From NCBI GenBank assembly GCA_017533795.1, contig JAFWIH010000015.1, positions 46,907 to 110,906 of the forward strand: 64,000 nt of DNA. The letters are read 5' to 3'. Positions 29,629-41,930 of this stretch are shown piece after piece. This DNA comes from Clostridia bacterium. GTDB lineage: Bacteria > Bacillota > Clostridia > TANB77 > CAG-508. The position numbers and the translations under genes are program-made. The notes under the pieces were generated by a model. That model saw only the letters and a list, made by a program, of their open reading frames with translations, was not told the origin of the DNA and searched no databases. Positions within the stretch are counted from its first letter, which is position 1, and every line of letters starts with the position of its first letter.

Positions 29629-30978
29629 ATGCAGATGGAAAAAAATGAGCTATACTCTAGATTAATGGATGAGCTTAAGAGAGAATCTACACAAATAACT
29701 TTTAATACATGGCTAAGTAAACTAACTATTTCTTCAATAAATGATAGCCATATTACATTCGAAGTTGATGATGATTTTCAAAAAGAGATGATAGATAGTA
29801 GATATAAAGATTTAATATTAAACACATTGCAATTTATTACAAATATGAATTGCACTTTTTCTGTTGTCTCAAAAGAATCTGCAAAAAACGAATTAACACA
29901 AGAAAATGATGAATTAATTGATTCCGATGGAACAGACACTATCACTTATAACAATTCGTCATTAAATCCAAAATATACATTTGATACATTTGTAGTAGGA
30001 AGCTACAATCGTTTCGCACATGCTGCAGCTTTAGCAGTAGGCGAGAAACCTTATACTGCATATAATCCTTTGTTTATATATGGAAGTGTTGGTCTTGGAA
30101 AAACTCACTTATTACATGCAATAGGAAATAAAATACTAAGTAATAATCGTAAAACAAAAATACTATATGTAACATCAGAAAAATTCACAAATCAATTAAT
30201 TAATGCATTAAAAGATGCTAAAATGGAAACTTTCAGAAATAAATATAGAGAAATTGATGTTTTATTAATAGATGATATTCAATTTATAGCAGGGAAGGAT
30301 AGGGTACAAGAAGAATTTTTCCATACATTTAACACATTATACGAAAATCAAAAGCAAATAATATTAACAAGTGATAAACCACCAAGAACTATTCCTTTTT
30401 TAGAAGATAGGCTTGTTTCAAGATTTGAGTGGGGACTTTTAGCGGATATTGCAAATGCAGATTACGAAACTCGTCTAGCTATATTAAAAAAGAAAGCCCA
30501 AGATGAAAAGATAGCTATTGATGATTTTATATTATCAGATATCGCAACAAAAATAGATTCAAATATAAGGGAATTGGAAGGAGTTTATAATAAAATTGTA
30601 GCAAATGCATTTTTAACTCATGATCCAATTACTATTGAACTTGCAGAAAAAATTATTAATGAATTTATAGCTAAAAAAGAGAAAAAAATATCTTCAGATT
30701 ATATACAAGAAACAGTTGCAAAATATTTCAGTATTAATAAAGATGATTTATCTGGTGGAAAGCGTTCAAACGATATCGCTTATCCTAGACAAATTGCAAT
30801 GTATCTTTGTAGAGATATAGCAAATATGCCTTATCCTAAGATAGGAGTTGACTTTGGAGGAAGAGATCATTCAACTGTAATGCATGCTTGTAGGAAAATT
30901 GAGAAAGAAATCAAAGAAAAAGAGAACACAAAATTAATTGTGGAAAGTGTGAAAAACATAATCGTAAAAGGAGAATAA
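29629..30978 (+). CDS. dnaA: Chromosomal replication initiator DnaA
   Basis: AAA+ Walker A GSVGLGKTHLLHAIGN, Walker B LLIDDIQF, and a C-terminal DNA-binding domain (RQIAMYLCRD...GGRDHSTVMHA). Confidence 0.97.
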   Translation: MQMEKNELYSRLMDELKRESTQITFNTWLSKLTISSINDSHITFEVDDDFQKEMIDSRYKDLILNTLQFITNMNCTFSVVSKESAKNELTQENDELIDSDGTDTITYNNSSLNPKYTFDTFVVGSYNRFAHAAALAVGEKPYTAYNPLFIYGSVGLGKTHLLHAIGNKILSNNRKTKILYVTSEKFTNQLINALKDAKMETFRNKYREIDVLLIDDIQFIAGKDRVQEEFFHTFNTLYENQKQIILTSDKPPRTIPFLEDRLVSRFEWGLLADIANADYETRLAILKKKAQDEKIAIDDFILSDIATKIDSNIRELEGVYNKIVANAFLTHDPITIELAEKIINEFIAKKEKKISSDYIQETVAKYFSINKDDLSGGKRSNDIAYPRQIAMYLCRDIANMPYPKIGVDFGGRDHSTVMHACRKIEKEIKEKENTKLIVESVKNIIVKGE

Positions 30979-31080
30979 TTTTAAAATAAATACTTTGCTT
31001 TATTTTTTAAAATTTATGTTTGTAAAAACCAAAGTTTGTAAAATGACAATGCTTCTCTTCTTACGGAACAGCTACATTGG

Positions 31081-31270
31081 TTATCCACATCAAAATGTTA
31101 ATAGTGTGTAAATAACTTGTGGAAATATAAATTTTACACATAAAAAAATTATTATTGTGGAAAATTATCCAAGTTATCCACTAAGTTATAGTCAGTAATT
31201 TTATTAGGGAAATAGCACTTTTGAAATAGTTTTCCACATTTTCCACTTAACCTAATACTACTACTACTAA
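31081..31270 (+). promoter_or_regulatory. oriC core: DnaA-box cluster plus (TAC)4 trinucleotide run and AT-rich tract
   Basis: TTATCCACA at 31081. Box-like 9-mers at 31118 (rc), 31156 (rc), 31165, 31174, 31230 and 31239. tactactactac at 31256-31267, then an AT-rich tract up to the dnaN RBS. Confidence 0.8.
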
Positions 31271-31304
31271 ATATATTTATTATTATTATAAAGGAGATGT
31301 CAAA

Positions 31305-32420
31305 ATGAAATTTTCTTGTTATAGGGATAATATCCTTAAAGCAATTAATTCCGTAGTAAAAGGTGTTGCTTCTAAAACCACAATGCCTATACTAGAAGGA
31401 ATACTTATTCAAACTAATGATAATGATATAAAATTAACAACCTATGATTTAGAAATAGGTATAGAATATATAATGGAATGTGATGTTAAAGAACAGGGAA
31501 GTACAGTTGTAAATGCTATAATGTTTAGTGAAATTATAAGAAAACTTCCTGATACAGAAATATCAATATCTATTAATGATAAAAATCTTTTAGAAATTGA
31601 ATGTGAAGGTTCATTATATAAACTAGCAACTATGAATCCTGAAGAATTTCCAGAATTACCAAAAATTGAAGTAGAAAATTCTATAGAAATAGAACAAAAC
31701 AATTTAAAAAATATGATAAGAAGAACAATTTTTGCTGTTAGTTCAGAAGAAAGTAGACCAATTTTTACAGGATGTTTATTTGAAATAAAAGAAAATAGAT
31801 TAAATTTGGTTGCAGTAGATGGATTTAGATTAGCATTAAGAAGTACAGTTTTGGACAATCAAACAAATGATTTTTCTGCTGTAATTCCTGGAAAAACATT
31901 AAATGAAGTTAATAAAATTCTTTCTGATTCTTTTGAACCAGTAAAAATTGGAGTTTCAAAAAACCAGGCTTTATTTGAGCTAGATAATTGTAAAATAGTT
32001 ACTAGAATTTTAGATGGAGAATTTTTAAATTATAAATCTGTAATTCCAAGTAATTGGGAAACAAGAGTGAGAGTAAATAAAAATAATATACAAAATTGTT
32101 TTGAAAGAATAAGCTTAATATCTTCATCTTCTATAGAAAAAGAAAAGAAATATCCGGTTAAAGTTTCTGTTGAAATTGGTAAAATAGTTATTTCTTGTAC
32201 AAATCAAACAGGTGAAGCTAAAGAAGAAATTTTTGTTTCTACTGAAGGTAAAAATTTAGAAGCTGGATTTAATCCTAAATATTTCTTGGACAGCTTAAAA
32301 GCAATAGATGATGAAGAAGTATTTATAGAATTTGGAACAAAGATATCCCCATGTATTGTAAAATCTGTGGAAAATAATGATTATACATATATGATTTTAC
32401 CAATAAGATTAAAAGATTAA
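31305..32420 (+). CDS. dnaN: DNA polymerase III beta sliding clamp
   Basis: 371 aa in the position after dnaA. Three-domain clamp-like sequence. Confidence 0.95.
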   Translation: MKFSCYRDNILKAINSVVKGVASKTTMPILEGILIQTNDNDIKLTTYDLEIGIEYIMECDVKEQGSTVVNAIMFSEIIRKLPDTEISISINDKNLLEIECEGSLYKLATMNPEEFPELPKIEVENSIEIEQNNLKNMIRRTIFAVSSEESRPIFTGCLFEIKENRLNLVAVDGFRLALRSTVLDNQTNDFSAVIPGKTLNEVNKILSDSFEPVKIGVSKNQALFELDNCKIVTRILDGEFLNYKSVIPSNWETRVRVNKNNIQNCFERISLISSSSIEKEKKYPVKVSVEIGKIVISCTNQTGEAKEEIFVSTEGKNLEAGFNPKYFLDSLKAIDDEEVFIEFGTKISPCIVKSVENNDYTYMILPIRLKD

Positions 32421-32468
32421 ACATAAAAGGACATAAAACTTAGTAGATGTCCACAAATGGAGAAAAAA

Positions 32469-33554
32469 ATGTGGATAAGTAAGATAAAACTAAACAATTT
32501 TAGAAATTACGAAAAACAAGAAATTGTTTTAAAAGATGGAATAAATTTATTTTATGGTGAAAATGCTCAAGGCAAAACTAATATTATAGAATCTATTTAC
32601 TTATGTAGTGTAGGAAAATCTTTTAGAGCAAGAAGAGATCAAGAATTAATAAAATTTGATACAAATAAATCGTTAATTGAAGTAGAATTTAATAAATCTG
32701 ATAGAGATGGAAAAATAAAAATAGAAATAGAAAATAAAAAAAATATTTCTGTTAATGGAATTAAATTAAAAAAATTAAGTGAACTTTTAGGAAATATTAA
32801 TATTGTAATTTTTACACCTGATGATATTGACATTTTAAAGGGAGGACCTCAAAAAAGAAGAAAATTTTTAGATGTAATGATTAGCCAACTTAAACCAAAT
32901 TATATGCATATTTTAAATTTATATTTAAAAACTTTAGAACAACGTAATAATTATTTAAGACAAATAAAATTTGAAAATAAAAATGAAAATATGTTAGATA
33001 TTTGGGATGAAAAATTAGCTGAGTATGGAATTAAAATTTTTAATTATAGAAATGAATTTATAAATAAAATAAAAAATAAAATAGAAAATATTCATAATAA
33101 AATTACAAATAATAAAGAAAAAATAAAAATAGAATATATTTCAAATTGTAAAAATAAACAAGAATTTTTAGATATTTTAAAAAATAGACGAAAGTTAGAT
33201 ATAATAAAAGGATATACAACAAAGGGAATACATAGGGATGATTTCACAGTTTATGTAAACAACAACCCTGTAAATGTCTACGGATCACAGGGACAACACA
33301 GAACAGCTATTTTATCATTGAAACTATCAGAACTTAATGTTGTGTATGATGAAATTGGTGAATATCCGATTTTATTATTAGATGATTTTATGTCAGAACT
33401 AGATGAAAAAAGAAAAATAAATTTTTTAGAAAATATAAAAAATGCACAAGTAATTATAACATGTACAGAAAAAATAGATATTGAAAATTTAAAATATTTT
33501 TCTTATAATATTAAAGACGGAAAAATAGTAAAAAAAGAAATATCTACAAAATAG
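32469..33554 (+). CDS. recF: DNA replication/repair protein RecF
   Basis: Walker A GENAQGKTNIIES, SMC-type signature GSQGQHRT, Walker B LLLDDFMSELD. Start chosen at ATG 32469, behind GGAGA. Confidence 0.9.
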   Translation: MWISKIKLNNFRNYEKQEIVLKDGINLFYGENAQGKTNIIESIYLCSVGKSFRARRDQELIKFDTNKSLIEVEFNKSDRDGKIKIEIENKKNISVNGIKLKKLSELLGNINIVIFTPDDIDILKGGPQKRRKFLDVMISQLKPNYMHILNLYLKTLEQRNNYLRQIKFENKNENMLDIWDEKLAEYGIKIFNYRNEFINKIKNKIENIHNKITNNKEKIKIEYISNCKNKQEFLDILKNRRKLDIIKGYTTKGIHRDDFTVYVNNNPVNVYGSQGQHRTAILSLKLSELNVVYDEIGEYPILLLDDFMSELDEKRKINFLENIKNAQVIITCTEKIDIENLKYFSYNIKDGKIVKKEISTK

Positions 33555-33567
33555 GAGGAAAAAATAA

Positions 33568-35496
<1,929 letters not shown>

Positions 35497-35514
35497 AAAT
35501 AATAAAAAATATAA

Positions 35515-35551
35515 AAGTAAGTAAGAATAAAAATTCTTACTTACTTTTTTT
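35515..35551 (+). terminator. Strong intrinsic terminator after gyrB
   Basis: aagtaagtaagaat-aaaa-attcttacttactt followed by ttttt. Confidence 0.8.
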
Positions 35552-35806
35552 ATAAAGCTAATAATAATTATTAATTTAACTATTATTAACCTTACAACTA
35601 TATTATTAACAATAATATAGTTTTTATTCAAAAAACTAGTTTCAAAAAGATAAAAATATTTTTGGAAAAAATGGACAAAAAAGTATATGTTTTATAATCA
35701 ATTTGTTTAGGGAATACAGCAAGTATAAAAGAAACATTTCAAGAACAAAATTCGTTTGTTTTTATTTACATAATATAAAGAAAAAAGAAAATGATTAAAT
35801 CACAAA

Positions 35807-35861
35807 TGTCGAAAAATGTCGATGAAAAGTTCTTGACAAAATAGAAAAAAGCAAATAAAAT
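35807..35861 (+). promoter_or_regulatory. Consensus sigmaA promoter (TTGACA-17-TAAAAT) preceded by two Spo0A-box-like heptamers
   Basis: TGTCGAA at 35807-35813, TGTCGAT at 35817-35823, TTGACA at 35833-35838, TAAAAT at 35856-35861. Confidence 0.6.
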
Positions 35862-35889
35862 TACAAAGAAAGAAGGAGGTGCAAAATAT

Positions 35890-36456
35890 ATAAAAAAAAT
35901 AAATTCAATTCAAGAATGGATTACAATAGATTTTTTTTTAGAAAATGGAATTATTAAATTAAAAAATAATAAATATATAAAACTAATAAAAATTGAACCA
36001 ATTAATTTTAATTTAAAATCAAATTTAGAAAAAGAATCAATTTTAAATTCTTATAAAATTTTTTTAAAAACATGTGATTTTAATTTTCAAATATTAATTC
36101 AAAGTAATAAAGAAGATTTATCTAAGAATATTTCCTATATAAAAAATAATTTAAAAAATAAAAAAGAATATTATTTAAAAAATATAGCAGATGACTATAT
36201 TAATTTTATTAGTGATATTAATAATAATGTAAAATCATCTTCTAAAAATTTTTATATTGTAATCTCAAATAAAGAAAATTCCAAAGAAAATGAAGAAATA
36301 ATAATTGAAGATTTAAATGAAAAATTTTTAAAAATAAAAGAGTGTTTATCAAGGTGTGGTAATTTAGTTTATAATATTTCTACTAAAGAAGAATTAGTTC
36401 AAATTTTTATATCTTTTTTAAATTCCAAAAAATATTTAAATAAAAAAATTAATTAG
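35890..36456 (+). CDS. T4SS accessory protein (TM-less paralog of the 15053..16285 product), apparent ATA start
   Basis: The frame is open for 192 codons (35881-36456) with no ATG/GTG/TTG. AAGGAGGTG at 35873-35881. The product KKINSIQEWITIDFFLENGIIKLKNNKYIKLIKIEPINFNLKS is homologous to the cluster A accessory protein. Confidence 0.6.
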   Translation: MKKINSIQEWITIDFFLENGIIKLKNNKYIKLIKIEPINFNLKSNLEKESILNSYKIFLKTCDFNFQILIQSNKEDLSKNISYIKNNLKNKKEYYLKNIADDYINFISDINNNVKSSSKNFYIVISNKENSKENEEIIIEDLNEKFLKIKECLSRCGNLVYNISTKEELVQIFISFLNSKKYLNKKIN

Positions 36457-36513
36457 TTAAAATAATAAAATAAAAATTATAAAAAATTATAAAAAAATAA
36501 AGGAGGGAAAATT

Positions 36514-38397
36514 ATTTTAAAAGAAAAAATAAAAAAATTAATTAATAATAAAAAAATAAATTTAGAAAAAATAAATTTTATTTCTGGAACATTATCAAAA
36601 AAAGATTTAATTTGTCCAAGTTATATTAATTTAACAAATCCAAAATATCTAGAAATTGAAAACGTTTTTTATTCTGGTTTAATTGTATTTAATTATTATA
36701 GAGAACAAAATGATTTACTTTTAAAAACTTTGGTTGAAACTAATATTAATATGAATATTTCAATTTTCTATGAAAAACAAGATCAATTTAAAACAATAAA
36801 AGAATTAACATATCATATAGGAAATGTTGGGGTAGAACTAAAAGATGGGAACCAAAATAGAGAAGATATAGATCTAGCAGCTTTTACGTATAATGATGCA
36901 AAATATATTAGAAAAGAAATGCAAATAAATAATGAAGATTTATACTTTTTATATATTTATATAAATATTTATGCAGAAAATGAAAAAGAAATGGAATATT
37001 CTCTAAATAAAATAGAAGGGCTACTTCAAAGCAAAGGTATGCAAACTAAAAGGGCAAATTTTAGACAAGAGCAATTATTTTTGTCTACAATTCCTTTAAA
37101 TAAAAATGAAGAAGATATAAAAAATGTAGCTAAAAGAAATGTTTTAACAAGTGGTCTTTTGTCAACGTATCCTTTTATTTCATCATCCATATTTGATGAA
37201 AAAGGGATTTATATAGGAAAAAATATTTATAATAATTCTCTTGTTTTTATAGACAGATATGATACTAATAAATATAAAAATGCAAATATGTGTATTTTTG
37301 GAACAAGTGGTGCAGGTAAATCTTTTTATACTAAATTATTGATTTTAAGATATAGGCTTTTAGGTATTGAACAGTATATTATAGATCCAGATAGAGAATA
37401 CTCAAATTTATGTAAGGAATTAAAGGGAACAGAAATAAAATTAGGCCCTTCTTCCAATACTTATGTAAATATTTTAGAAATAAGAAAAGAAAGTATAGAA
37501 GACAGTAATAACGGTTATTTAGCTACTAAAATTAGCAAATTAATAGGTTTTTTTCATATGGTTTTTGGAGAATTAAATGAAGAGGAAAAGGCATTAGTTG
37601 AAGAAAAGCTAATAGAAACATATAAGCAAAAAGGTATTACTTTTGATGATAGAAGCTTATATAAAAAAAATAGAAAAAATGGAAAGCGTAATATTTTTAA
37701 AGAAAGTCAAGATATGCCAATACTAGAAGATTTATATAATATTTTTGAAAAGGATAAAAAAACACAAAAATTTAAGATAAAATTAATTCCATTTGTTAAG
37801 GGATCACTTAGTTTTTTTAATAAATACACAAACGTTGAAATAAATAATAAATTAATAGTTGCTGATGTATATGAACTAGGAGAAGAAAATTTAAAATTTG
37901 GAATGTATCTTTTTACAGAGTTATTCTGGGATAAAATTAAGAAAAACAGAAAAATAAAAAAGGCGATATATTTAGATGAGATTTGGAGATTAATTGGTGT
38001 AACTTCAAATAAAGAAGTTGCAAGTTTTATATATAAAATATTTAAAACAATTAGAAAATATGGCGGAAGTGGAGTGGCAATTACTCAGGATGTTTCAGAT
38101 TTATTTAGTTTAGAAAATGGTACATATGGAAAAAGTATTTTAAATAATTCAAACATTAAATCTTTTTTTTCTCTTGAAGAAGAAAATATAAGAATTTTAT
38201 CAGAAAATATTAACTTAACAGAAAAAGAAAAAATAGAAATTAAATCTTTAAGGAGGGGGGAATGTTTAATGTTTGTAGGAGATGAGCATATTTTGACAAA
38301 AGTAGAATCATCTGAAAAAGAGAAAAAAATATTAGAAGGAAAAATATATAATAAAGATGGAGGTAGAAATGAATTTAGAAAATACGATTCAAATTAA
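36514..38397 (+). CDS. virB4: VirB4-family T4SS ATPase (copy 2), apparent ATT start
   Basis: Walker A FGTSGAGKSFYTK, Walker B IYLDEIWRL. 72 codons upstream of the first canonical start (TTG 36730) are open and align with the copy-1 N-terminus (ICPSYINLTNPKYLEI vs IAPSGIDASNIDHLEI). AGGAGGG at 36501-36507. Confidence 0.8.
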   Translation: MLKEKIKKLINNKKINLEKINFISGTLSKKDLICPSYINLTNPKYLEIENVFYSGLIVFNYYREQNDLLLKTLVETNINMNISIFYEKQDQFKTIKELTYHIGNVGVELKDGNQNREDIDLAAFTYNDAKYIRKEMQINNEDLYFLYIYINIYAENEKEMEYSLNKIEGLLQSKGMQTKRANFRQEQLFLSTIPLNKNEEDIKNVAKRNVLTSGLLSTYPFISSSIFDEKGIYIGKNIYNNSLVFIDRYDTNKYKNANMCIFGTSGAGKSFYTKLLILRYRLLGIEQYIIDPDREYSNLCKELKGTEIKLGPSSNTYVNILEIRKESIEDSNNGYLATKISKLIGFFHMVFGELNEEEKALVEEKLIETYKQKGITFDDRSLYKKNRKNGKRNIFKESQDMPILEDLYNIFEKDKKTQKFKIKLIPFVKGSLSFFNKYTNVEINNKLIVADVYELGEENLKFGMYLFTELFWDKIKKNRKIKKAIYLDEIWRLIGVTSNKEVASFIYKIFKTIRKYGGSGVAITQDVSDLFSLENGTYGKSILNNSNIKSFFSLEEENIRILSENINLTEKEKIEIKSLRRGECLMFVGDEHILTKVESSEKEKKILEGKIYNKDGGRNEFRKYDSN

Positions 38398-39088
38398 TGA
38401 TTTAAATTTAGAAAGTGATTTAGAAATTAAACAAAATGAATTTTTAGATAGTATGTTAGGTAAAGCAATAAATACAGGAATTGATTTTGGAATAAGAGCA
38501 GTGTTACCAGATGTAGTTGAAGATCACGTGATAGATATAAAAAATAATTTAATGAATTATGGACTTAAAGATGGTATAACAAAAACAATTAATGATGTAA
38601 TAAATTTAGGGAAAAGTGCTGTTGGAATAGTAACAGGTGATTTTAAAAATATTGAGCAGATGCAAACAGCAATAAAAAGTGGGGGAATAATAGATAGTTT
38701 GTCAAAATTAATTGATATTTCCATAAATGAAGTAGTAAAAAGAGAAATGATAAATTCGAATGTTGCTAGCATGATTAAACAGGGAAAAAATATTATATTA
38801 AATAGTATTGAAAGTAATATAGAAAAAAGTTTTGAAAAACAGATAAGTAATATAAATAAATTAGATAAATATATAAATAATTGGAAGCAGTATTATAATA
38901 ATCAGAATTTTAATGGAATGGAAAAAGAGTATAAAAAAATTAACAAAGAACTAAAAAACTTAGTGCCCCTTGAGAACACAATAAAAGATGCTAGAAATGT
39001 AGAAAATTTACATACATTAATAAAGACTAATGGTCACAATTTTAATTTGAATGAATCAGAGAAAGAGTTACTAAAGAAATTCAACTAA
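38369..39088 (+). CDS. Hypothetical protein, third gene of module B
   Basis: ATG 38369 behind GGAGG. 239 aa, hydrophilic and Gly/Ile/Asn-rich, with no recognisable motif. Confidence 0.55.
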   Translation: MNLENTIQINDLNLESDLEIKQNEFLDSMLGKAINTGIDFGIRAVLPDVVEDHVIDIKNNLMNYGLKDGITKTINDVINLGKSAVGIVTGDFKNIEQMQTAIKSGGIIDSLSKLIDISINEVVKREMINSNVASMIKQGKNIILNSIESNIEKSFEKQISNINKLDKYINNWKQYYNNQNFNGMEKEYKKINKELKNLVPLENTIKDARNVENLHTLIKTNGHNFNLNESEKELLKKFN

Positions 39089-39122
39089 AGTCCTTTTTCC
39101 CTAAACTTTTTGGCAAATTTAC

Positions 39123-39151
39123 TTGCATAATTTTTGCTTTTTTTATATAAT
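39123..39151 (+). promoter_or_regulatory. gyrA-proximal sigmaA-type promoter (TTGCAT-17-TATAAT)
   Basis: TTGCAT at 39123-39128 and TATAAT at 39146-39151. Confidence 0.5.
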
Positions 39152-39186
39152 ACAAATGTAGAAAAAAACGGAAAAGAGGGAAAACA

Positions 39187-41634
39187 ATGGATGAAAGACA
39201 TGATGGAAAAATTATACAAAGAGATATAGAAGAAGAAATGAGAACGGCCTATGTAGACTATGCTATGAGTGTTATTGTATCTCGTGCGTTGCCAGATGTA
39301 AGAGATGGATTAAAACCAGTTCACAGAAGAATACTATATGCAATGCATGAGGATGGAATTACATCAGATAAGCCATACAGAAAAAGTGCCAATACAGTAG
39401 GTTCAGTTTTAGGTAGATATCATCCTCATGGAGATAGCTCAGTTTATGATGCAATGGTAAGAATGGCACAAGACTTTTCAATGAGATATATGTTAATTGA
39501 TGGACATGGTAACTTTGGTTCTGTTGATGGTGATGGAGCAGCAGCAATGAGGTATACAGAATCTAGAATGTCTAAAATTTCAGAGCAAATGCTTGTAGAT
39601 ATTGAGAAGAACACTGTAGATTTTATGCCAAACTATGATGATAGATTACAAGAACCAACAGTATTACCTACAAGAATACCTACACTTCTTATAAATGGTT
39701 CATCTGGTATAGCTGTAGGAATGGCAACTAATATTCCGCCACATAACTTAACAGAAGTTATAAATGGACTTATAAAAATTATTGATGAAGATGAAGTAAC
39801 AGATGAAGACTTAATGCAGGTTATAAAAGGACCAGATTTTCCAACAGAAGGTATTATTCTTGGAGTAGAAGGTATAAGACAAGCATATACTACTGGTAGA
39901 GGAAAGCTTACTATGCGTGCAGAAGCAACTATTGAAGAAATGTCAGGGAACAGACATAGAATTATAGTTTCTTCACTTCCATATCAAGTAAATAAAGCCA
40001 AACTAATAAAAACAATATCTGAACTATCTAGGGAAAAAAGGATTGAAGGAATTTCTGAATGTCGTGATGAGTCAGACAGAAATGAAAAAGTAAGAGTTGT
40101 AATAGAGCTAAAAAGAGATTCAAATCCACAAGTAGTTCTAAATCAATTATACAAAAATACTCAAATGCAAGATACATTTGGCGTAATTATGTTAGCATTA
40201 GTAAATGGTGAGCCAAAAATTCTTACATTAAGACAGTGTTTAGATTGTTATATAGATCATAGAAAAGATGTTATTTTAAGAAGAACACAATTTGATTTAG
40301 ACAAAGCTTTAGCTAGAGCTCACATTTTAGAAGGTTTAAAAATTGCATTAGATAATATAGATGAAATTATAGAAATTATTCGTAATTCTTATGATGATGC
40401 AAAAGAAAGATTAATGGAACGATTTGGCCTTACGGATATACAAGCTCAAGCTATTTTGGACATGAGGTTAAAAACGTTATCAGGTTTGCAACGTGAAAAA
40501 ATAGAAAACGAATATGAAGAATTAATGAAATTAATTGCTTACTATAAAGAAATATTAAGTAGTGAAACTTTAGTTTTCCAAATAATTAAAGAAGAACTTA
40601 TAGAAATAAGAGATAAATATGGAGATGAGAGAAAAACAAAAATAAAACCTGCTGAAGGCGAGTTTGAAGTTGAAGACTTAATAAAAGAGGAACAAACAGT
40701 TGTAGCGCTAACACACTTTGGATATATTAAGAGAATGCCAATAGACACATATAGAAGTCAAAGAAGAGGTGGAAAAGGTATTACAGGAATGACAACTAGA
40801 GAAGATGACTTTGTAAAGCAAATCTTTACTGCTTCTACTCATGATACAATTTTATTCTTTACCAATAAAGGTAAATTGTATAGACTTAGAGGTTATGAAA
40901 TTCCTGAAGCAGGAAGAACTGCTAGAGGAACAGCAATTGTAAATTTACTAAGTTTAGATTCTGGAGAAAAAGTTTCAGCAGTTATACCACTACAAAACTT
41001 TGCAGAGGGTAAATACCTACTTATGGCTACAAAGCAAGGTATAATTAAGAAAACACCATTGTCAGAATATAATTCTGCAAGAAAAACAGGACTACTAAGT
41101 ATTACATTAAAAGAAGATGATGAGTTAATTGATGTAAGGCTTACGGATGGTGAGGATAATGTATTGTTAGTAACCAAAGAAGGTTTATGCATTACATTTG
41201 ATGAAAAGGATGTAAGACCAATGGGTAGAACTGCACAAGGTGTAATAGGAATTAGACTAAATGATGAAGATGAAGTAATAAGTATGGAATCTGTTTTAGC
41301 TGGAGGAACAGCAACACTTCTTGCAATTACTGAAAATGGATTTGGAAAGAGAACAGAACTTGATGAATACAGAGTACAAACAAGAGGAGGAAAGGGTGTT
41401 ATGACATATAAAATAACTCCAAAGACAGGAAAACTTGTTGGTGCAAAAGTTGCAACAGAAGAAGATGATGTAATGCTAATTACAGATAGTGGAACAATTA
41501 TTAGACTTAAAGTTAAAGATATAAGCGTTCTAGGTAGAGCAACACAAGGTGTTACTTTAATGAGAACAAGTGATGGAGGACAAGTTGTAAGTATAGAAAC
41601 AATTAGTCCAGAAAAAGAAGATGAAGAAGAATAA
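39187..41634 (+). CDS. gyrA: DNA gyrase subunit A
   Basis: Active-site region AAMRYTE. QRDR-like [18 protein letters not shown]-terminal beta-pinwheel repeats. Confidence 0.97.
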   Translation: MDERHDGKIIQRDIEEEMRTAYVDYAMSVIVSRALPDVRDGLKPVHRRILYAMHEDGITSDKPYRKSANTVGSVLGRYHPHGDSSVYDAMVRMAQDFSMRYMLIDGHGNFGSVDGDGAAAMRYTESRMSKISEQMLVDIEKNTVDFMPNYDDRLQEPTVLPTRIPTLLINGSSGIAVGMATNIPPHNLTEVINGLIKIIDEDEVTDEDLMQVIKGPDFPTEGIILGVEGIRQAYTTGRGKLTMRAEATIEEMSGNRHRIIVSSLPYQVNKAKLIKTISELSREKRIEGISECRDESDRNEKVRVVIELKRDSNPQVVLNQLYKNTQMQDTFGVIMLALVNGEPKILTLRQCLDCYIDHRKDVILRRTQFDLDKALARAHILEGLKIALDNIDEIIEIIRNSYDDAKERLMERFGLTDIQAQAILDMRLKTLSGLQREKIENEYEELMKLIAYYKEILSSETLVFQIIKEELIEIRDKYGDERKTKIKPAEGEFEVEDLIKEEQTVVALTHFGYIKRMPIDTYRSQRRGGKGITGMTTREDDFVKQIFTASTHDTILFFTNKGKLYRLRGYEIPEAGRTARGTAIVNLLSLDSGEKVSAVIPLQNFAEGKYLLMATKQGIIKKTPLSEYNSARKTGLLSITLKEDDELIDVRLTDGEDNVLLVTKEGLCITFDEKDVRPMGRTAQGVIGIRLNDEDEVISMESVLAGGTATLLAITENGFGKRTELDEYRVQTRGGKGVMTYKITPKTGKLVGAKVATEEDDVMLITDSGTIIRLKVKDISVLGRATQGVTLMRTSDGGQVVSIETISPEKEDEEE

Positions 41635-41650
41635 AATATTTGTGAAAACA

Positions 41651-41686
41651 AAAACAAGTTGAGAATTTATATCTCAACTTGTTTTT
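41651..41686 (+). terminator. Intrinsic terminator after gyrA
   Basis: aaaacaagttgaga-loop-tctcaacttgtttt plus a T-run. Confidence 0.8.
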
Positions 41687-41751
41687 CTGTGTTTATAAAT
41701 CATATCACAAAATCATATCCCCCTAAGGTTTAATGAAATATTATTAAAATT

Positions 41752-41790
41752 TGTAACATAATTGTAATGAAAAATTAATGTAATTGTAAA
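41752..41790. promoter_or_regulatory. TGTAAT hexamer array 3 (41752 TGTAAC, 41763, 41779, 41785 TGTAAA)
   Basis: Direct hexamers 60-100 bp upstream of the fibre-operon -35. The first pair is spaced 11 bp apart. Confidence 0.5.
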
Positions 41791-41849
41791 AAAATACATC
41801 CAAATTGAGGATCCGTAAAAGGTACAAAATTTGAAACGACTTGTACTGC

Positions 41850-41878
41850 TTGAAAGCAGCAAATATGGTTGCTATAAT
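41850..41878 (+). promoter_or_regulatory. Fibre-operon promoter TTGAAA-17-(TGc)TATAAT
   Basis: TTGAAA at 41850-41855. Extended -10 TGCTATAAT at 41870-41878. Confidence 0.6.
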
Positions 41879-41930
41879 TTATTTATATTATATATATTTT
41901 AAAAATCTGGAAGAAAGGAAGTGAGTTTGT

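Noticed and set aside
31058-31067. ttacggaac in the dnaA-dnaN spacer, which shares ttacggaa with the DnaI-like frameshift site ttacggaaa.
   Set aside because: Non-coding position. A single short match is most simply coincidence.
40893-41657. 254-aa minus-strand ORF inside gyrA. Similar track ORFs are 27235..27801, 11309..11938, 17638..18150, 14753..15217, 23034..23450, 31442..31858 and 50602..51150.
   Set aside because: They lie antisense to strongly supported genes. Their products are low-complexity Ser/Leu/Ile/Phe-rich strings typical of shadow frames in AT-rich DNA, with no RBS or motif support.
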